Positions 1 to 9,402 of a stretch of 64,000 nt of DNA are shown here, piece after piece. The notes under the pieces are model-generated. The model was not told the DNA's origin, searched no databases, and saw only the letters and a list, made by a program, of their open reading frames with translations. The position numbers and the translations under genes are program-made. The stretch is from a virus. Lineage: Duplodnaviria > Heunggongvirae > Uroviricota > Caudoviricetes. Position 1 is the stretch's first letter; each line of letters begins with the position of its first letter. The DNA lies in IMG/VR virus record IMGVR_UViG_3300014208_000001, positions 37,318-101,317 of that record; one strand, 5' to 3'.

Positions 1-81
1 CGTTTGATTTGGGTGATATGGATGTTTTGGATAGGTTGTTTGAGTATGTGGTGTGTCGGGCTCGTGAGTGTGATGGGGCGT

Positions 82-540
82 TTAAACGTCTTCGTCGTAA
101 GTCATGGGAGTCGCGTTATAAATGAAGTCGGTTATGGTTGTGTAGTCTGATAGTAGTATTTTGTTTGTTTTGCGGCATATTCCGTTATTATAGGTTGGTA
201 TCATTAGTTCTATTATTTTTTCTGTGATTGTTAGTGTTATTTTGTTGTTGTGTAGCTCTCCTGCTATGATTAGTGATTCTTCTATGTTTAGTGATGTGGC
301 GGTGGGGGTTCCGCGTATTCGTCTTTCTATTTTGGCTAGTCTGTTAATTAGTATTTCGGTGTCTGTTAGTATGATTTGGTGGAGTGGGTTGGTTATTGGC
401 TGGGTGGTGTGGTTTGTATCGAATAGTCTGTGTCCGTCTAGTAAGTTGAGTGGGTTTATTGTGACTATGTAGTTGTAGTAACTGTTTGATTGTGTTACGT
501 TTCCGTATCGTACTGTGGCGTTTATTATTATATGGTACAT
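82..540 (-). CDS. Expanded small-protein family A paralogue
   Basis: MYH start, LHQIILTD helix, ILLSDY end motif. Confidence 0.8.
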   Translation of the reverse strand: MYHIIINATVRYGNVTQSNSYYNYIVTINPLNLLDGHRLFDTNHTTQPITNPLHQIILTDTEILINRLAKIERRIRGTPTATSLNIEESLIIAGELHNNKITLTITEKIIELMIPTYNNGICRKTNKILLSDYTTITDFIYNATPMTYDEDV

Positions 541-899
541 ATGTGGTCCTTTAGTGTTGTGAATTCTGATAGGGGTATTTTTAGTATGTCTGGGGTAATT
601 TGGGATTCGAATACTATTTGTGTGTCTGTTATCGATATGTATAGTCGTCCTAGCATTGGTAATTGATGATATGTGCCGCTTATTCTTAGGTATGATAATA
701 ATAGTGCGGTTGGTTCTATGAGTGTTTGTTTTGCTTCGTTTAGTAGGAGTTCGTGGAGCGGGTTATCGATTGGTTTGGTTTGGTGCATTAATCCATTGTG
801 TATTATTGTTCCGTTGAATTTTTTATGTGGGTTTAGTGTTATTATGTGGCCTTGTAAATTGGCTTGGTATACTTTATTGGTTATTACGTGATATTTCAT
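528..899 (-). CDS. Family A paralogue
   Basis: MKYH, LHELLLNE, IPLSEF; shares LNP..L/NPLH with neighbours. Confidence 0.8.
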   Translation of the reverse strand: MKYHVITNKVYQANLQGHIITLNPHKKFNGTIIHNGLMHQTKPIDNPLHELLLNEAKQTLIEPTALLLSYLRISGTYHQLPMLGRLYISITDTQIVFESQITPDILKIPLSEFTTLKDHICTI

Positions 900-1266
900 T
901 TATTTCTTTCAGGTGTTTTTCTATTGTTGTGTATGTGTGGTATGGTATTTTGTAGGTGATATCGGATGTTGACATTGATAGTGAAGTTTCGTTTAATCGT
1001 ATAGATACTATATTATTATTGTATATTCCTGTTATGTGGCACCCGGCTCGTATCATTGCTGATGTTATTGTTATTGTGTTTTCTATATCGTTTATAATTA
1101 GTGAGTATATGCTGTCGTTGTCTATCTCTTCAAAATTATAATGTTTATTTAGTGGTACATTTGATAATAGTCTTAGTGGGTTTAATTTTACTATGTATCC
1201 TATTTTATCGTTTGCGTATTCTACGCCATTTTCAGTGTATGATATGTTTGTTATTTTGTAGTACAT
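874..1266 (-). CDS. Family A paralogue
   Basis: MYYK, IYSLIIND, IPYHTY. Confidence 0.8.
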   Translation of the reverse strand: MYYKITNISYTENGVEYANDKIGYIVKLNPLRLLSNVPLNKHYNFEEIDNDSIYSLIINDIENTITITSAMIRAGCHITGIYNNNIVSIRLNETSLSMSTSDITYKIPYHTYTTIEKHLKEINEISRNNQ

Positions 1267-1688
1267 TGATATGCTTCGGTTAAGTGTTTGGTGATTGAGG
1301 TGTATTCTGAGTACTTGATTTCGAATATTTTGTGGCGGATGTGTATAATGATGCGAGCTTGTGTTAAAAATATTAATAAACTGTGTATTACGTTATCGAT
1401 TTTGTATTTTGCTTGTATTCTGATATCATCATCATAATTTATACCTGGTATGATGCTTGTTTGTGCGTCAAAGTCTAATATTGTAGCTGATATAATTGTT
1501 ATTTCTTTTTCTTTTAATATATCTGATATAACAATGGTGTATAAATCATTGTTTAATGGTCTGTAAGTATGATATGCTAAGCAGACAACATCTCCTGATA
1601 ATAATTTGCTTGATTCTAACTGTATTATACGTCCATATAGAGAGCTGGTAACTGTGGAACTTTCAATAGTTGTTATTATACAAAACAT
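1251..1688 (-). CDS. Family A paralogue
   Basis: LYTIVISD, IKYSEY. Confidence 0.8.
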   Translation of the reverse strand: MFCIITTIESSTVTSSLYGRIIQLESSKLLSGDVVCLAYHTYRPLNNDLYTIVISDILKEKEITIISATILDFDAQTSIIPGINYDDDIRIQAKYKIDNVIHSLLIFLTQARIIIHIRHKIFEIKYSEYTSITKHLTEAYQCTTK

Positions 1689-1693
1689 ATTAT

Positions 1694-2131
1694 TTATTGC
1701 TTTGGTTGATACGTTGGTATAATTTTTTGAATTGATTGTTCTAATATTTGTTTATCATATTCTATTAAGTTTATTGTGTGTTGTACGCCTGTGCTCTTGG
1801 CTGCATAAGCTAATTTATGTGAGTGACTTGTATCTGTTGAGTTCATATATATTCTTTTGTCTGTGATTGTGATTACAAGTCGTATTACGTCTATCGTACT
1901 TATTATTTGCAATTGACGTTGATTGTCGAATACTTCGGCGTATATTATTTTTAATAATTTTGAGATATCTTGCAATAATAAAATGTGTATTGGGTTTTTC
2001 AATGGGTATATTTTTAGTACTGGTGATGTTTCTATATGTGTTCCATTTAGTAATACTATGAAATCATTTGATTTTGTTGCTATTCTTCCGTCGTATCTGT
2101 TAATTACGTGGTCTTCGATTATGTAGTACAT
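1694..2131 (-). CDS. Family A paralogue
   Basis: MYYI, IHILLLQD, INLIEY. Confidence 0.8.
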   Translation of the reverse strand: MYYIIEDHVINRYDGRIATKSNDFIVLLNGTHIETSPVLKIYPLKNPIHILLLQDISKLLKIIYAEVFDNQRQLQIISTIDVIRLVITITDKRIYMNSTDTSHSHKLAYAAKSTGVQHTINLIEYDKQILEQSIQKIIPTYQPKQ

Positions 2132-2532
2132 TTTATGATTTCGATCAACCTTTCTAATGTGTAATCGGTGTAATGCAATGCTGTGTAATTATTATTTGTG
2201 TTTATTTCTAAAAATGTTGGACCTATTACTATTGTTGTTGGTAAAAAAGTTGGCAGCGTATCACACGGTGTTGTGTCTAGTAATAATCTTGGTGTTTTAA
2301 CCATTAAGTAGTGTGCTGATACAATTTTGACGATTTGTGATACATCATTGATAATTGTATTTTCTAGATCATTTAATTTTCGTGCTTCGACTGTTTTTAT
2401 AGGTACTGATATGTCTCCATTGAAGCTAACGTAATTTTCTCCTATTTGTGTTACTATTTCATCATATAGTACGTATACTGAATTGTTTGTACTTTGTATT
2501 GGCCTTTTTTGTAGTTCGTAGTATATTTTCAT
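2119..2532 (-). CDS. Family A paralogue
   Basis: MKIYY, LENTIIND, LHYTDY. Confidence 0.8.
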   Translation of the reverse strand: MKIYYELQKRPIQSTNNSVYVLYDEIVTQIGENYVSFNGDISVPIKTVEARKLNDLENTIINDVSQIVKIVSAHYLMVKTPRLLLDTTPCDTLPTFLPTTIVIGPTFLEINTNNNYTALHYTDYTLERLIEIIKCTT

Positions 2533-2882
2533 ATTATATTTTTTAATTTTTGTGGGGTGTATTCTGATAATCGTATTAGTTTTTTAAATGTTAAATCAAC
2601 TCTTATTACAATTTCTGAGTTTGTAATACAGATGTGTAATCGTGTTGATTTATTGTTGCCGGTTAGGACGATTGAATTAGTATTATCGATTGCGTATCCG
2701 TTACAGACAGTGTATAGTTTAATGACGTCATTTAATATTACTTGATATACATCACTTAATATAATTAAGTGTTTTGTGTCTGGGGGTAGTAAGTATGGCG
2801 ATAATGTATAAATGTCATTGTTTAATTCGTAAACAATTTGATTATTGTATAGTTTGTTGTCTTTGATTACGTAATAGATCAT
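2529..2882 (-). CDS. Family A paralogue
   Basis: MIYY, VYQVILND, IRLSEY; ATGA overlap. Confidence 0.8.
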   Translation of the reverse strand: MIYYVIKDNKLYNNQIVYELNNDIYTLSPYLLPPDTKHLIILSDVYQVILNDVIKLYTVCNGYAIDNTNSIVLTGNNKSTRLHICITNSEIVIRVDLTFKKLIRLSEYTPQKLKNII

Positions 2883-3229
2883 AAATTTGTATACTCTAAT
2901 AGTGGTATTGTTTCATTTACGTATTTGTCTAATTTATATGATAATGGTGATGCTTTTGATATTTTTATTTCTTTATCTGTTACTACTATAGTCATGTGAA
3001 TATATTCATCAGAAGTACCATAAATATGTAATCTGTTATTGTTTAATGTGGCGCATCTTATACTCATTGCTTCTAGTGCGTCGTTTATGATTATGTTATA
3101 TATTATCGGTACTTTTATCATTTTTGATTTTGTTGCTATTCCTCGGGTTGTTCCGTGTATGGTTTTTGTGAAATAATTTTGTATGTATACTATTTCTGAT
3201 GTTGGCGAATAGATATAATGGTCTCTCAT
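2879..3229 (-). CDS. Family A paralogue
   Basis: Likely start ATG 3229 (MRDHYIY) overlapping upstream stop; IYNIIIND, YKLDKY. Confidence 0.75.
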   Translation of the reverse strand: MRDHYIYSPTSEIVYIQNYFTKTIHGTTRGIATKSKMIKVPIIYNIIINDALEAMSIRCATLNNNRLHIYGTSDEYIHMTIVVTDKEIKISKASPLSYKLDKYVNETIPLLEYTNL

Positions 3230-3615
3230 AGTTTGCGTTTGCATGCTTTTTTGAGTGTTTCGTATGAATAATTAATTAGTTTTATGCGGTTTTCGTATGT
3301 TTCAGTTGGTGATAATCTTGATATTATGATGGTATCTATTAGGATTGTTATTGATATTAATTTGGGAGCTGATGCGAGTATATTGATGCTTTCGATACTT
3401 TCATTTTGTAGAAGGGGTAAATTTGCGCCGGTGGCTGACTCTATTGATTTAGATATTTTATGTATATCATTTAATATGATTTGGTTTATGTTGTTTAATT
3501 TGATTAATGGGATAGTTTGTATACCACCTGATAATGATAATGCTCCGCACATATTATAGTAGGACCCATTTACTTTGGTCACTATTGTTCTGTCATGTAA
3601 ATAGTATGTTTTCAT
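3226..3615 (-). CDS. Family A paralogue
   Basis: MKTYY, INQIILND, IKLINY. Confidence 0.8.
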   Translation of the reverse strand: MKTYYLHDRTIVTKVNGSYYNMCGALSLSGGIQTIPLIKLNNINQIILNDIHKISKSIESATGANLPLLQNESIESINILASAPKLISITILIDTIIISRLSPTETYENRIKLINYSYETLKKACKRKL

Positions 3616-4031
3616 AATTTGATGTATGATAATCCTAAATTTTTGATTACTTCTTTGATTGATGGTAATTTTTCATAGTCAGTCATATTTATTTTATATA
3701 TATAAGTGTAGCTATATGGATTGAGTATTATATTTATTCCTGATGGGAGCATGTTTACTTTTATTTCTCCTGTGAGTCCTGGGTACGTACCATAAATTGA
3801 TAAATTGTTTGTATTATGGCAGTATGTTCCTGATTTCACATGCATTATTTTATGGGCGTCGAATATTATTATTTGGCAGAATGCGTCTAATAACACGATA
3901 TTAGGTGAATTTATGTTTATTTTGCTTAGTGTTATTTTATTGAGTGTTTTGTATTTGGTTCGTTTGCGGTATACAATATGTGTATTGTTCTCATTTGTTT
4001 CGTCATTTATGTAATAATAGTTTGTGGTCAT
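3612..4031 (-). CDS. Family A paralogue, first gene of leftward operon
   Basis: NYYY, FCQIIIFD, INMTDY. Confidence 0.8.
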   Translation of the reverse strand: MTTNYYYINDETNENNTHIVYRKRTKYKTLNKITLSKININSPNIVLLDAFCQIIIFDAHKIMHVKSGTYCHNTNNLSIYGTYPGLTGEIKVNMLPSGINIILNPYSYTYIYKINMTDYEKLPSIKEVIKNLGLSYIKL

Positions 4032-4038
4032 GTGATTC

Positions 4039-4066
4039 TTTTACAACGCATGTTTAATTTGTAATA
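4039..4066. promoter_or_regulatory. Quasi-palindromic element, candidate bidirectional promoter
   Basis: TTTTACA-N14-TGTAATA between divergent ATGs at 4031 and 4074, each 8 nt from the element edge. Confidence 0.7.
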
Positions 4067-4073
4067 TGTGACT

Positions 4074-4397
4074 ATGGAACGCAGAGTATATTATGAAACG
4101 ACTTTTGGTGAAGTTGTTATAAAGTGTGGTATCTTTCATTATACGCTTAGTGATAGATGGTGTATTGATCCTATTGAAGGTGAAGTAAATGAGATTTATA
4201 CTGTTTTGATTGATGATATTGTTGAATATTTGAGCAGTATTTTATCTGTTTATATTGATCATGATGATCGATTAATGTTTGAAGGACGTAAGGATAATGA
4301 AGTGGTTCATGGTAATGTTGATGATTCAATTTTTACCATGACAGTTGGCCAGAAACAAATTACTGTGACACTTGATCAATACGCGGGACTCAAATGA
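4074..4397 (+). CDS. Family A paralogue, first gene of rightward operon
   Basis: VYY, IYTVLIDD, VTLDQY; ATG 4074 preferred over GTG 4068. Confidence 0.8.
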   Translation: MERRVYYETTFGEVVIKCGIFHYTLSDRWCIDPIEGEVNEIYTVLIDDIVEYLSSILSVYIDHDDRLMFEGRKDNEVVHGNVDDSIFTMTVGQKQITVTLDQYAGLK

Positions 4398-4810
4398 TTA
4401 TTTTCACGAGAGATACTTATTTTACTAATATTCAACCATGGATTTATAATGGTAAAATATTAACCAATCCTGTGCGAGATTCTGATATTATTTTGGGCGA
4501 GATACACCAGATTATTCTTAATTATATATTTACGTTTTGTTTAAAGCATGGTTTGGATTGTAATAGCCAATTAGTTCATTGTTTTGATTCTGCTGATGTA
4601 ATTGATATTGGTGTTCATAGCGTAAATGCGGATGATTCTGTTGCTCTCATTTTTAATTTACAAATTACTAATATTGGTATTTTACTGTATGTTGATTCTT
4701 ATCGTACTGGGGTTGATATTGATTACTCTCCAACTTTTGCTGAGTTAGATTTTGATATGCTCACTGGGCATTTGGAATCATGTTTAGATGATTGTGATGT
4801 GGGCACATGA
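4394..4810 (+). CDS. Family A paralogue (divergent)
   Basis: EIHQIILNY helix; ATGA overlap. Confidence 0.7.
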   Translation: MIIFTRDTYFTNIQPWIYNGKILTNPVRDSDIILGEIHQIILNYIFTFCLKHGLDCNSQLVHCFDSADVIDIGVHSVNADDSVALIFNLQITNIGILLYVDSYRTGVDIDYSPTFAELDFDMLTGHLESCLDDCDVGT

Positions 4811-5139
4811 AATATTATTATGATAACGATAATCATATTTGTTATGCGATTTCTTTTGATGGTGAAACAATAAAATATAAGCGGATTTTTGAATATGCTG
4901 ATTATGAGATTTATTGTGTATATGATATAGAAGATGTATTATGTGCGATAATTGATGATTTCGTTGATTATTGTGATCATGTTACGCATAGTTATGCATG
5001 CGAAAATTCTATATGTATAAATGGTATTAAGGATAAGAAAATGGTCAATGTGCATGTTAAAGGTGGCAAAATATCATATTTTATCAATTCTAAAAAAACA
5101 ATGCACGTTACTTTTATTGAGTACTGTGGGTTTAAATGA
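4807..5139 (+). CDS. Family A paralogue
   Basis: MKYYY, LCAIIDDF, VTFIEY. Confidence 0.8.
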   Translation: MKYYYDNDNHICYAISFDGETIKYKRIFEYADYEIYCVYDIEDVLCAIIDDFVDYCDHVTHSYACENSICINGIKDKKMVNVHVKGGKISYFINSKKTMHVTFIEYCGFK

Positions 5140-5516
5140 ACAAGTTAGTTCAAATTATAAGAAGTATTAATGGCGATACTTATAATGGTATTGTTGCTGA
5201 AAATATTTATGGCCGTCTTTATATTAATGATAATTTTATAGGTAATGATACTGATTTTGTTACTCAGAAATTAAATGATGTGTATAGTTCTATAACCATT
5301 GAATGTATTGATTTGATGGATATATATAGTATTGATATTTTTCATCATTATAAGAATAATTATAATGAAATACAAGAAAGATTGTGCATTCATGGGTCTT
5401 TTGAGCATCAAGATGTGCATGTGTGGGCTGATTATGAGTCTGTGACCATATTTTATCGTAATAAAACAGTGGCGATTCCTTTGATTGACTTCGCTAATAT
5501 AAAAGATTATATATGA
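5136..5516 (+). CDS. Family A paralogue
   Basis: DVYSSITIE, IPLIDF. Confidence 0.75.
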   Translation: MNKLVQIIRSINGDTYNGIVAENIYGRLYINDNFIGNDTDFVTQKLNDVYSSITIECIDLMDIYSIDIFHHYKNNYNEIQERLCIHGSFEHQDVHVWADYESVTIFYRNKTVAIPLIDFANIKDYI

Positions 5517-5896
5517 AATATTATTACGATCCAGATATTAGGATCAATAATGTGTATAAAATTAATGATAATGGAAGATTCGTATGTGTTACTGATAGTG
5601 ATGTGTTTGCTTCGTCCGAGTCGCTTATAGAAGAAGCGTCTGAATTATATTCTTTGTTGATTGGTGATTTGTCTAATGTAGTTATGATAAGTAATTTATC
5701 GATGTTTGTTGAATGTTTAATTATAAATGCTTATTTGTCTAAATCAAGAATTGATATAATTATAAATGAATTGAATATAGGATATATGATTAATGATGAT
5801 ACTACGACGTCATATATTAATTTGTGCGATTATACCGGTTTTGATTTTCTTAGAATAGCTGTTAAAAATAAAGAAAGAAGGGAAAGGGTATTTTAA
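5513..5896 (+). CDS. Family A paralogue
   Basis: MKYYY, ELYSLLIGD, INLCDY. Confidence 0.8.
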   Translation: MKYYYDPDIRINNVYKINDNGRFVCVTDSDVFASSESLIEEASELYSLLIGDLSNVVMISNLSMFVECLIINAYLSKSRIDIIINELNIGYMINDDTTTSYINLCDYTGFDFLRIAVKNKERRERVF

Positions 5897-6216
5897 TGGC
5901 TAATTGGTATTTTAGCGATACACATATGAATGTAATTAGTGGTGTTGTGCAAGATATCACACAGTGTAAGAGTGTCGCTATAGAATCTATTCCTGACATG
6001 TATGCTGTTATTCTTGATGAGTTTGCGTCATTGTGGGTCATCGATTATGCTGGTTTATTTAAACCGAACAATTCACCTGAATTTTTGAGAGCATGGGGCG
6101 GCAGTAATATTTTAGAGATTCATGCTAGTGAGATTTTTTTATATGCTCATAGTATGACATTTCGTAGTAGGTTGATTGATTTTGTTAGTATTAGAAATAT
6201 GATTGGTAATAAATGA
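5896..6216 (+). CDS. Family A paralogue
   Basis: DMYAVILDEF, SRLIDF. Confidence 0.75.
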   Translation: MANWYFSDTHMNVISGVVQDITQCKSVAIESIPDMYAVILDEFASLWVIDYAGLFKPNNSPEFLRAWGGSNILEIHASEIFLYAHSMTFRSRLIDFVSIRNMIGNK

Positions 6217-6605
6217 TTTATTACGCTTATAAAAATGATGTTATTTATTATGTTGATGGTGTTTGTGTTAGTTTAAGTGGTGTAGAATATGATAGTGATC
6301 CAAAAGATGATCCGATTTATAATATTGTGGAAATTCAGGAGATTTTTTGTTGTTTGATTGATGAGTTTAGGGAATTGTTTCAAATTAGTGATGCGTTGTC
6401 TGGGCGGATGATGTCTGGTACGCGTATTATTACGGTTTATTATAATAATACATCGTTAAGATTGTACCCAGATAGGTTCAGATTGACTATATATGGGGTT
6501 TTGAAACATTTTAGTGAGGGTGGGTTACTAAATCAGAACAGTGAGATTACAGTGTTTTATCATGATTATACTAATTTAAAAGAACATTTATCGCAATTAT
6601 ACTAA
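6213..6605 (+). CDS. Family A paralogue
   Basis: MIYY, EIFCCLIDEF, VFYHDY. Confidence 0.8.
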   Translation: MIYYAYKNDVIYYVDGVCVSLSGVEYDSDPKDDPIYNIVEIQEIFCCLIDEFRELFQISDALSGRMMSGTRIITVYYNNTSLRLYPDRFRLTIYGVLKHFSEGGLLNQNSEITVFYHDYTNLKEHLSQLY

Positions 6606-6794
6606 TTTATCGTTCTCTTTAGCCCATCTTTCGTATAATTCTGCGAATTGGTCTAAGCCAAATCGTTTTATATTATCTGCTAGATTAGTTAATGATTCGC
6701 ATAATTCATTTTCAGTATTGTGTACAATTGAAAATGAAATTGGAAATTGCCCGTCTTCTGATTTTCTATCTATGATTAATGTGTATTCTGTCAT
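6597..6794 (-). CDS. Small hypothetical protein
   Basis: 65 aa ORF with GGAGG ribosome-binding site upstream. Confidence 0.7.
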   Translation of the reverse strand: MTEYTLIIDRKSEDGQFPISFSIVHNTENELCESLTNLADNIKRFGLDQFAELYERWAKENDKLV

Positions 6795-6810
6795 TTTTTC
6801 CTCCGTTGTA

Positions 6811-6838
6811 TTTTACGGTAATGTTTCATTGTGTAAAA
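6811..6838. promoter_or_regulatory. Quasi-palindromic element, candidate bidirectional promoter
   Basis: TTTTACG-N14-TGTAAAA between ORF 6794(-) and tRNA-like gene 6851(+). Confidence 0.7.
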
Positions 6839-6850
6839 TTCTTTATTCTC

Positions 6851-6933
6851 GGGGAGGTGACAGAGTGGTCTAATGTACAGTTTTTACTGTGTACGGTTTA
6901 CCGTATCGGGGGTTCGAATCCCTCCCTCTTCCG
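6851..6933 (+). tRNA. tRNA-Ser-like (class II) gene with collapsed anticodon arm and no anticodon; possibly pseudo-tRNA
   Basis: Acceptor GGGGAGG/CCTCTTC, D arm ACA-GAGTGGTCTAA-TGT, long variable arm GTACGG-TTTA-CCGTAT, T arm GGGGG-TTCGAAT-CCCTC; anticodon arm only CAGT-TTTT-ACTG; no encoded CCA. Confidence 0.8.
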
Positions 6934-6947
6934 CTTGAAAGAGTAAA

Positions 6948-7589
6948 ATGTCCAAAGAGTTAATTGAATCTCTTGAGAAAAAGTTGCGTGAGGTAACTGC
7001 CGAACGTGACGAAACCGATGCATTATTCGATTTGCAATGGAAAGCTGACCAAAGGGCTATCAAACTCTGGCAAAAAGCACATCCGGGCAAAGAGAACATA
7101 TGGCCAGATCGATGTGATATGGTTGTGTGGTTAATGGACCAGTTAGACAAATTACAGAGTAAAAATCAAATGGCAACAATTGACAAATTCGATGGCGATT
7201 TTGGATTCTTATCTAACTTTTGGCCATCTAAAGTGACCCTTGATGGTGTTGAATTTGATAATGTTGAAGCAGCATTTCAAGCTGCAAAAACACATGATTT
7301 AACCGAACGCGAAAAAATTAGATCCGCATCAACCCCAGGCAAAGCAAAGAAATTAGGCAGAAAAGTATCATTACGCGAAGATTGGAACGATATTAGAATT
7401 AGCGTTATGCGTGATTTACTACAACAAAAATTCAATAATAAAGAATTGCGTAAATTACTAATCGATACTGGTTCAGCAGCACTGGTCGAAGGTAATACAT
7501 GGAACGATAAATTTTGGGGAGTTTGTGATGGCGAAGGAGAGAATAACTTGGGTAAGTTATTGATGGATATTAGAAATGCGTTATTATAA
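6948..7589 (+). CDS. NADAR (YbiA-like) ADP-ribosyl hydrolase with a 74-aa N-terminal extension
   Basis: FLSNFW, EAAFQAAK, AKKLGR, LVEGN.W.DKFWG, GENNLGKLLM; internal ATG at 7170 starts the NADAR domain. Confidence 0.92.
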   Translation: MSKELIESLEKKLREVTAERDETDALFDLQWKADQRAIKLWQKAHPGKENIWPDRCDMVVWLMDQLDKLQSKNQMATIDKFDGDFGFLSNFWPSKVTLDGVEFDNVEAAFQAAKTHDLTEREKIRSASTPGKAKKLGRKVSLREDWNDIRISVMRDLLQQKFNNKELRKLLIDTGSAALVEGNTWNDKFWGVCDGEGENNLGKLLMDIRNALL

Positions 7590-8019
7590 GTGCATGTTTT
7601 CGGATTCGCCATTAGCAACACATCGTATATGCTCATTAATATATATTTCATATGGCATCACGACAACTAACGTTGATGACATAATATGCAAATTTTTAGT
7701 ACAAACAGACTTTGATTATAAAGCTGATTGTAATGTAAAAGTAGAAGAAATATCTGAACTTCACAATATTATAATAAATGACTTTACTAAAATTATTAAA
7801 GATATTAGTGTGGCTAATATTACTGGCAGTAACAATATTCTTGAATTAGTTGGATTTTTAGACGGCGTAAAAGTATTTTTATATGCTGATAATAATGGGC
7901 TAGACATATACTTTGACAGCACATCAGATAGTAACAAAATTTATACAGTTAATATGTTAGAATATGATGGATTACCAATTGAAGAGCGTATGTGCAAACA
8001 CCAGCTTATTGTGAATTAA
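7576..8019 (+). CDS. Family A paralogue
   Basis: MRYY, ELHNIIINDF, VNMLEY. Confidence 0.8.
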   Translation: MRYYKCMFSDSPLATHRICSLIYISYGITTTNVDDIICKFLVQTDFDYKADCNVKVEEISELHNIIINDFTKIIKDISVANITGSNNILELVGFLDGVKVFLYADNNGLDIYFDSTSDSNKIYTVNMLEYDGLPIEERMCKHQLIVN

Positions 8020-8289
8020 ATGCTTTATTATTCACCTATTTTGCATGAATGGGATTACGATTTGCATAAAATTGTAATCAATGATTTTGCGGCAATTGGT
8101 GCAATCGGCACAATATGGTCAAATGGCGGCGATTCGATTCAGATAGACGGTAATTTAAAAGGATATCGTTCTAGTATTATAATAGATGATGTTATCAAAT
8201 TGCTCATATATAAAAGTACTGTTATTACAATCACAGTTAATATCGTTGACTATGTAAGTGTCTGTGATATGATCAAGGATGTCATATGA
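8020..8289 (+). CDS. Family A paralogue (minimal, 89 aa)
   Basis: MLYY, DLHKIVINDF, VNIVDY. Confidence 0.8.
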   Translation: MLYYSPILHEWDYDLHKIVINDFAAIGAIGTIWSNGGDSIQIDGNLKGYRSSIIIDDVIKLLIYKSTVITITVNIVDYVSVCDMIKDVI

Positions 8290-8639
8290 AATTTTATTTT
8301 GGAGATATGCTCAATGCATCTTATAGAGATGTTTATTCTGAGGATATGTATGATTTTGGTATGAATGAACGTGGTTATTATAGAGAGCCATTAGAGACAA
8401 TTCCGGTTGGAGAATTTTACGAAATATTATTAAATGATTTAATCACAATCGCCAAAATAAAGTACGCTGCACAAGTAAATGGTATATTATATGTTGACTG
8501 TATTAAATCATCAAATCCAACACAATTAAGTATAATTGTGACCGGCTCGTATATTAAAATTGGGAAACTTTCCGCAGATATGCATACTATCAATATTTCT
8601 GACTACAATGATTTTGTGGAAGTATTGAATAAAATATGA
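8286..8639 (+). CDS. Family A paralogue
   Basis: MKFY, EFYEILLND, INISDY. Confidence 0.8.
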   Translation: MKFYFGDMLNASYRDVYSEDMYDFGMNERGYYREPLETIPVGEFYEILLNDLITIAKIKYAAQVNGILYVDCIKSSNPTQLSIIVTGSYIKIGKLSADMHTINISDYNDFVEVLNKI

Positions 8640-9031
8640 AATATTATCTTAATTATGCGATACAGGGTTCATTTGGTTCAGATCGCCGCGATGTATTATT
8701 TAGAATCGATGATAGGTTATTTCATTTTGATGGGACAGCTAGCGGATTCACTAACACAAGACCATGCATAGGAATAACATATGAAATTTTTATAGATGAT
8801 TTTGTTAAAAATATGGATCAAATTTTTTCAATAACCTATATAACTAATAACGTCACTTTAGCAGCATATTTAACAATGAATGGGTTATATAAATCACTAG
8901 CGGTTACAGTAACAATTAGTGATTCATCACTTATATTACAATATGTCAAAGACCAGCGTACAATGGAGCATATCAAAATAAATTTACTTGATTATGTAGA
9001 TTTATTGACTCTATTGAAAGAAATTAAATGA
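8636..9031 (+). CDS. Family A paralogue
   Basis: MKYY, YEIFIDDF, INLLDY. Confidence 0.8.
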   Translation: MKYYLNYAIQGSFGSDRRDVLFRIDDRLFHFDGTASGFTNTRPCIGITYEIFIDDFVKNMDQIFSITYITNNVTLAAYLTMNGLYKSLAVTVTISDSSLILQYVKDQRTMEHIKINLLDYVDLLTLLKEIK

Positions 9032-9402
9032 AATATTTTATATATCAGTCAGAAATTTTAATTAAAATTGATAATAATCCGTCGATTCCATACAGTGAAC
9101 CGTATTTTTTAACTGATTTTTCACATGATATGAATCCTATTTTATTTAATAGTAAAGTGCATATATGGATTGGTGAATTATATGAAACTTTGATAGATGA
9201 TTTTAGGAGAATTGGTCGTATAAGACACGCAAAATGTTTAGTAGACAATGCTGTGATGCTGTATGTAACTGTTGTTGACGAGTCATTTACTATCGTATTT
9301 AACAATGCTACTATTTCTATTTTAAAAGGTTTTTGCAATTATTTAATAGTAGAAACACCTTATAATGACTATATTGGATTTAAGGAATTATTTAAATTAT
9401 GA
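9028..9402 (+). CDS. Family A paralogue
   Basis: MKYF, ELYETLIDDF, TPYNDY. Confidence 0.8.
   Translation: MKYFIYQSEILIKIDNNPSIPYSEPYFLTDFSHDMNPILFNSKVHIWIGELYETLIDDFRRIGRIRHAKCLVDNAVMLYVTVVDESFTIVFNNATISILKGFCNYLIVETPYNDYIGFKELFKL

Noticed and set aside
6851-6933. Ochre suppressor or tRNA-Lys from the TTTTTA run
   Set aside because: No register gives a 5-bp stem with a 7-nt loop; the body is Ser-type.
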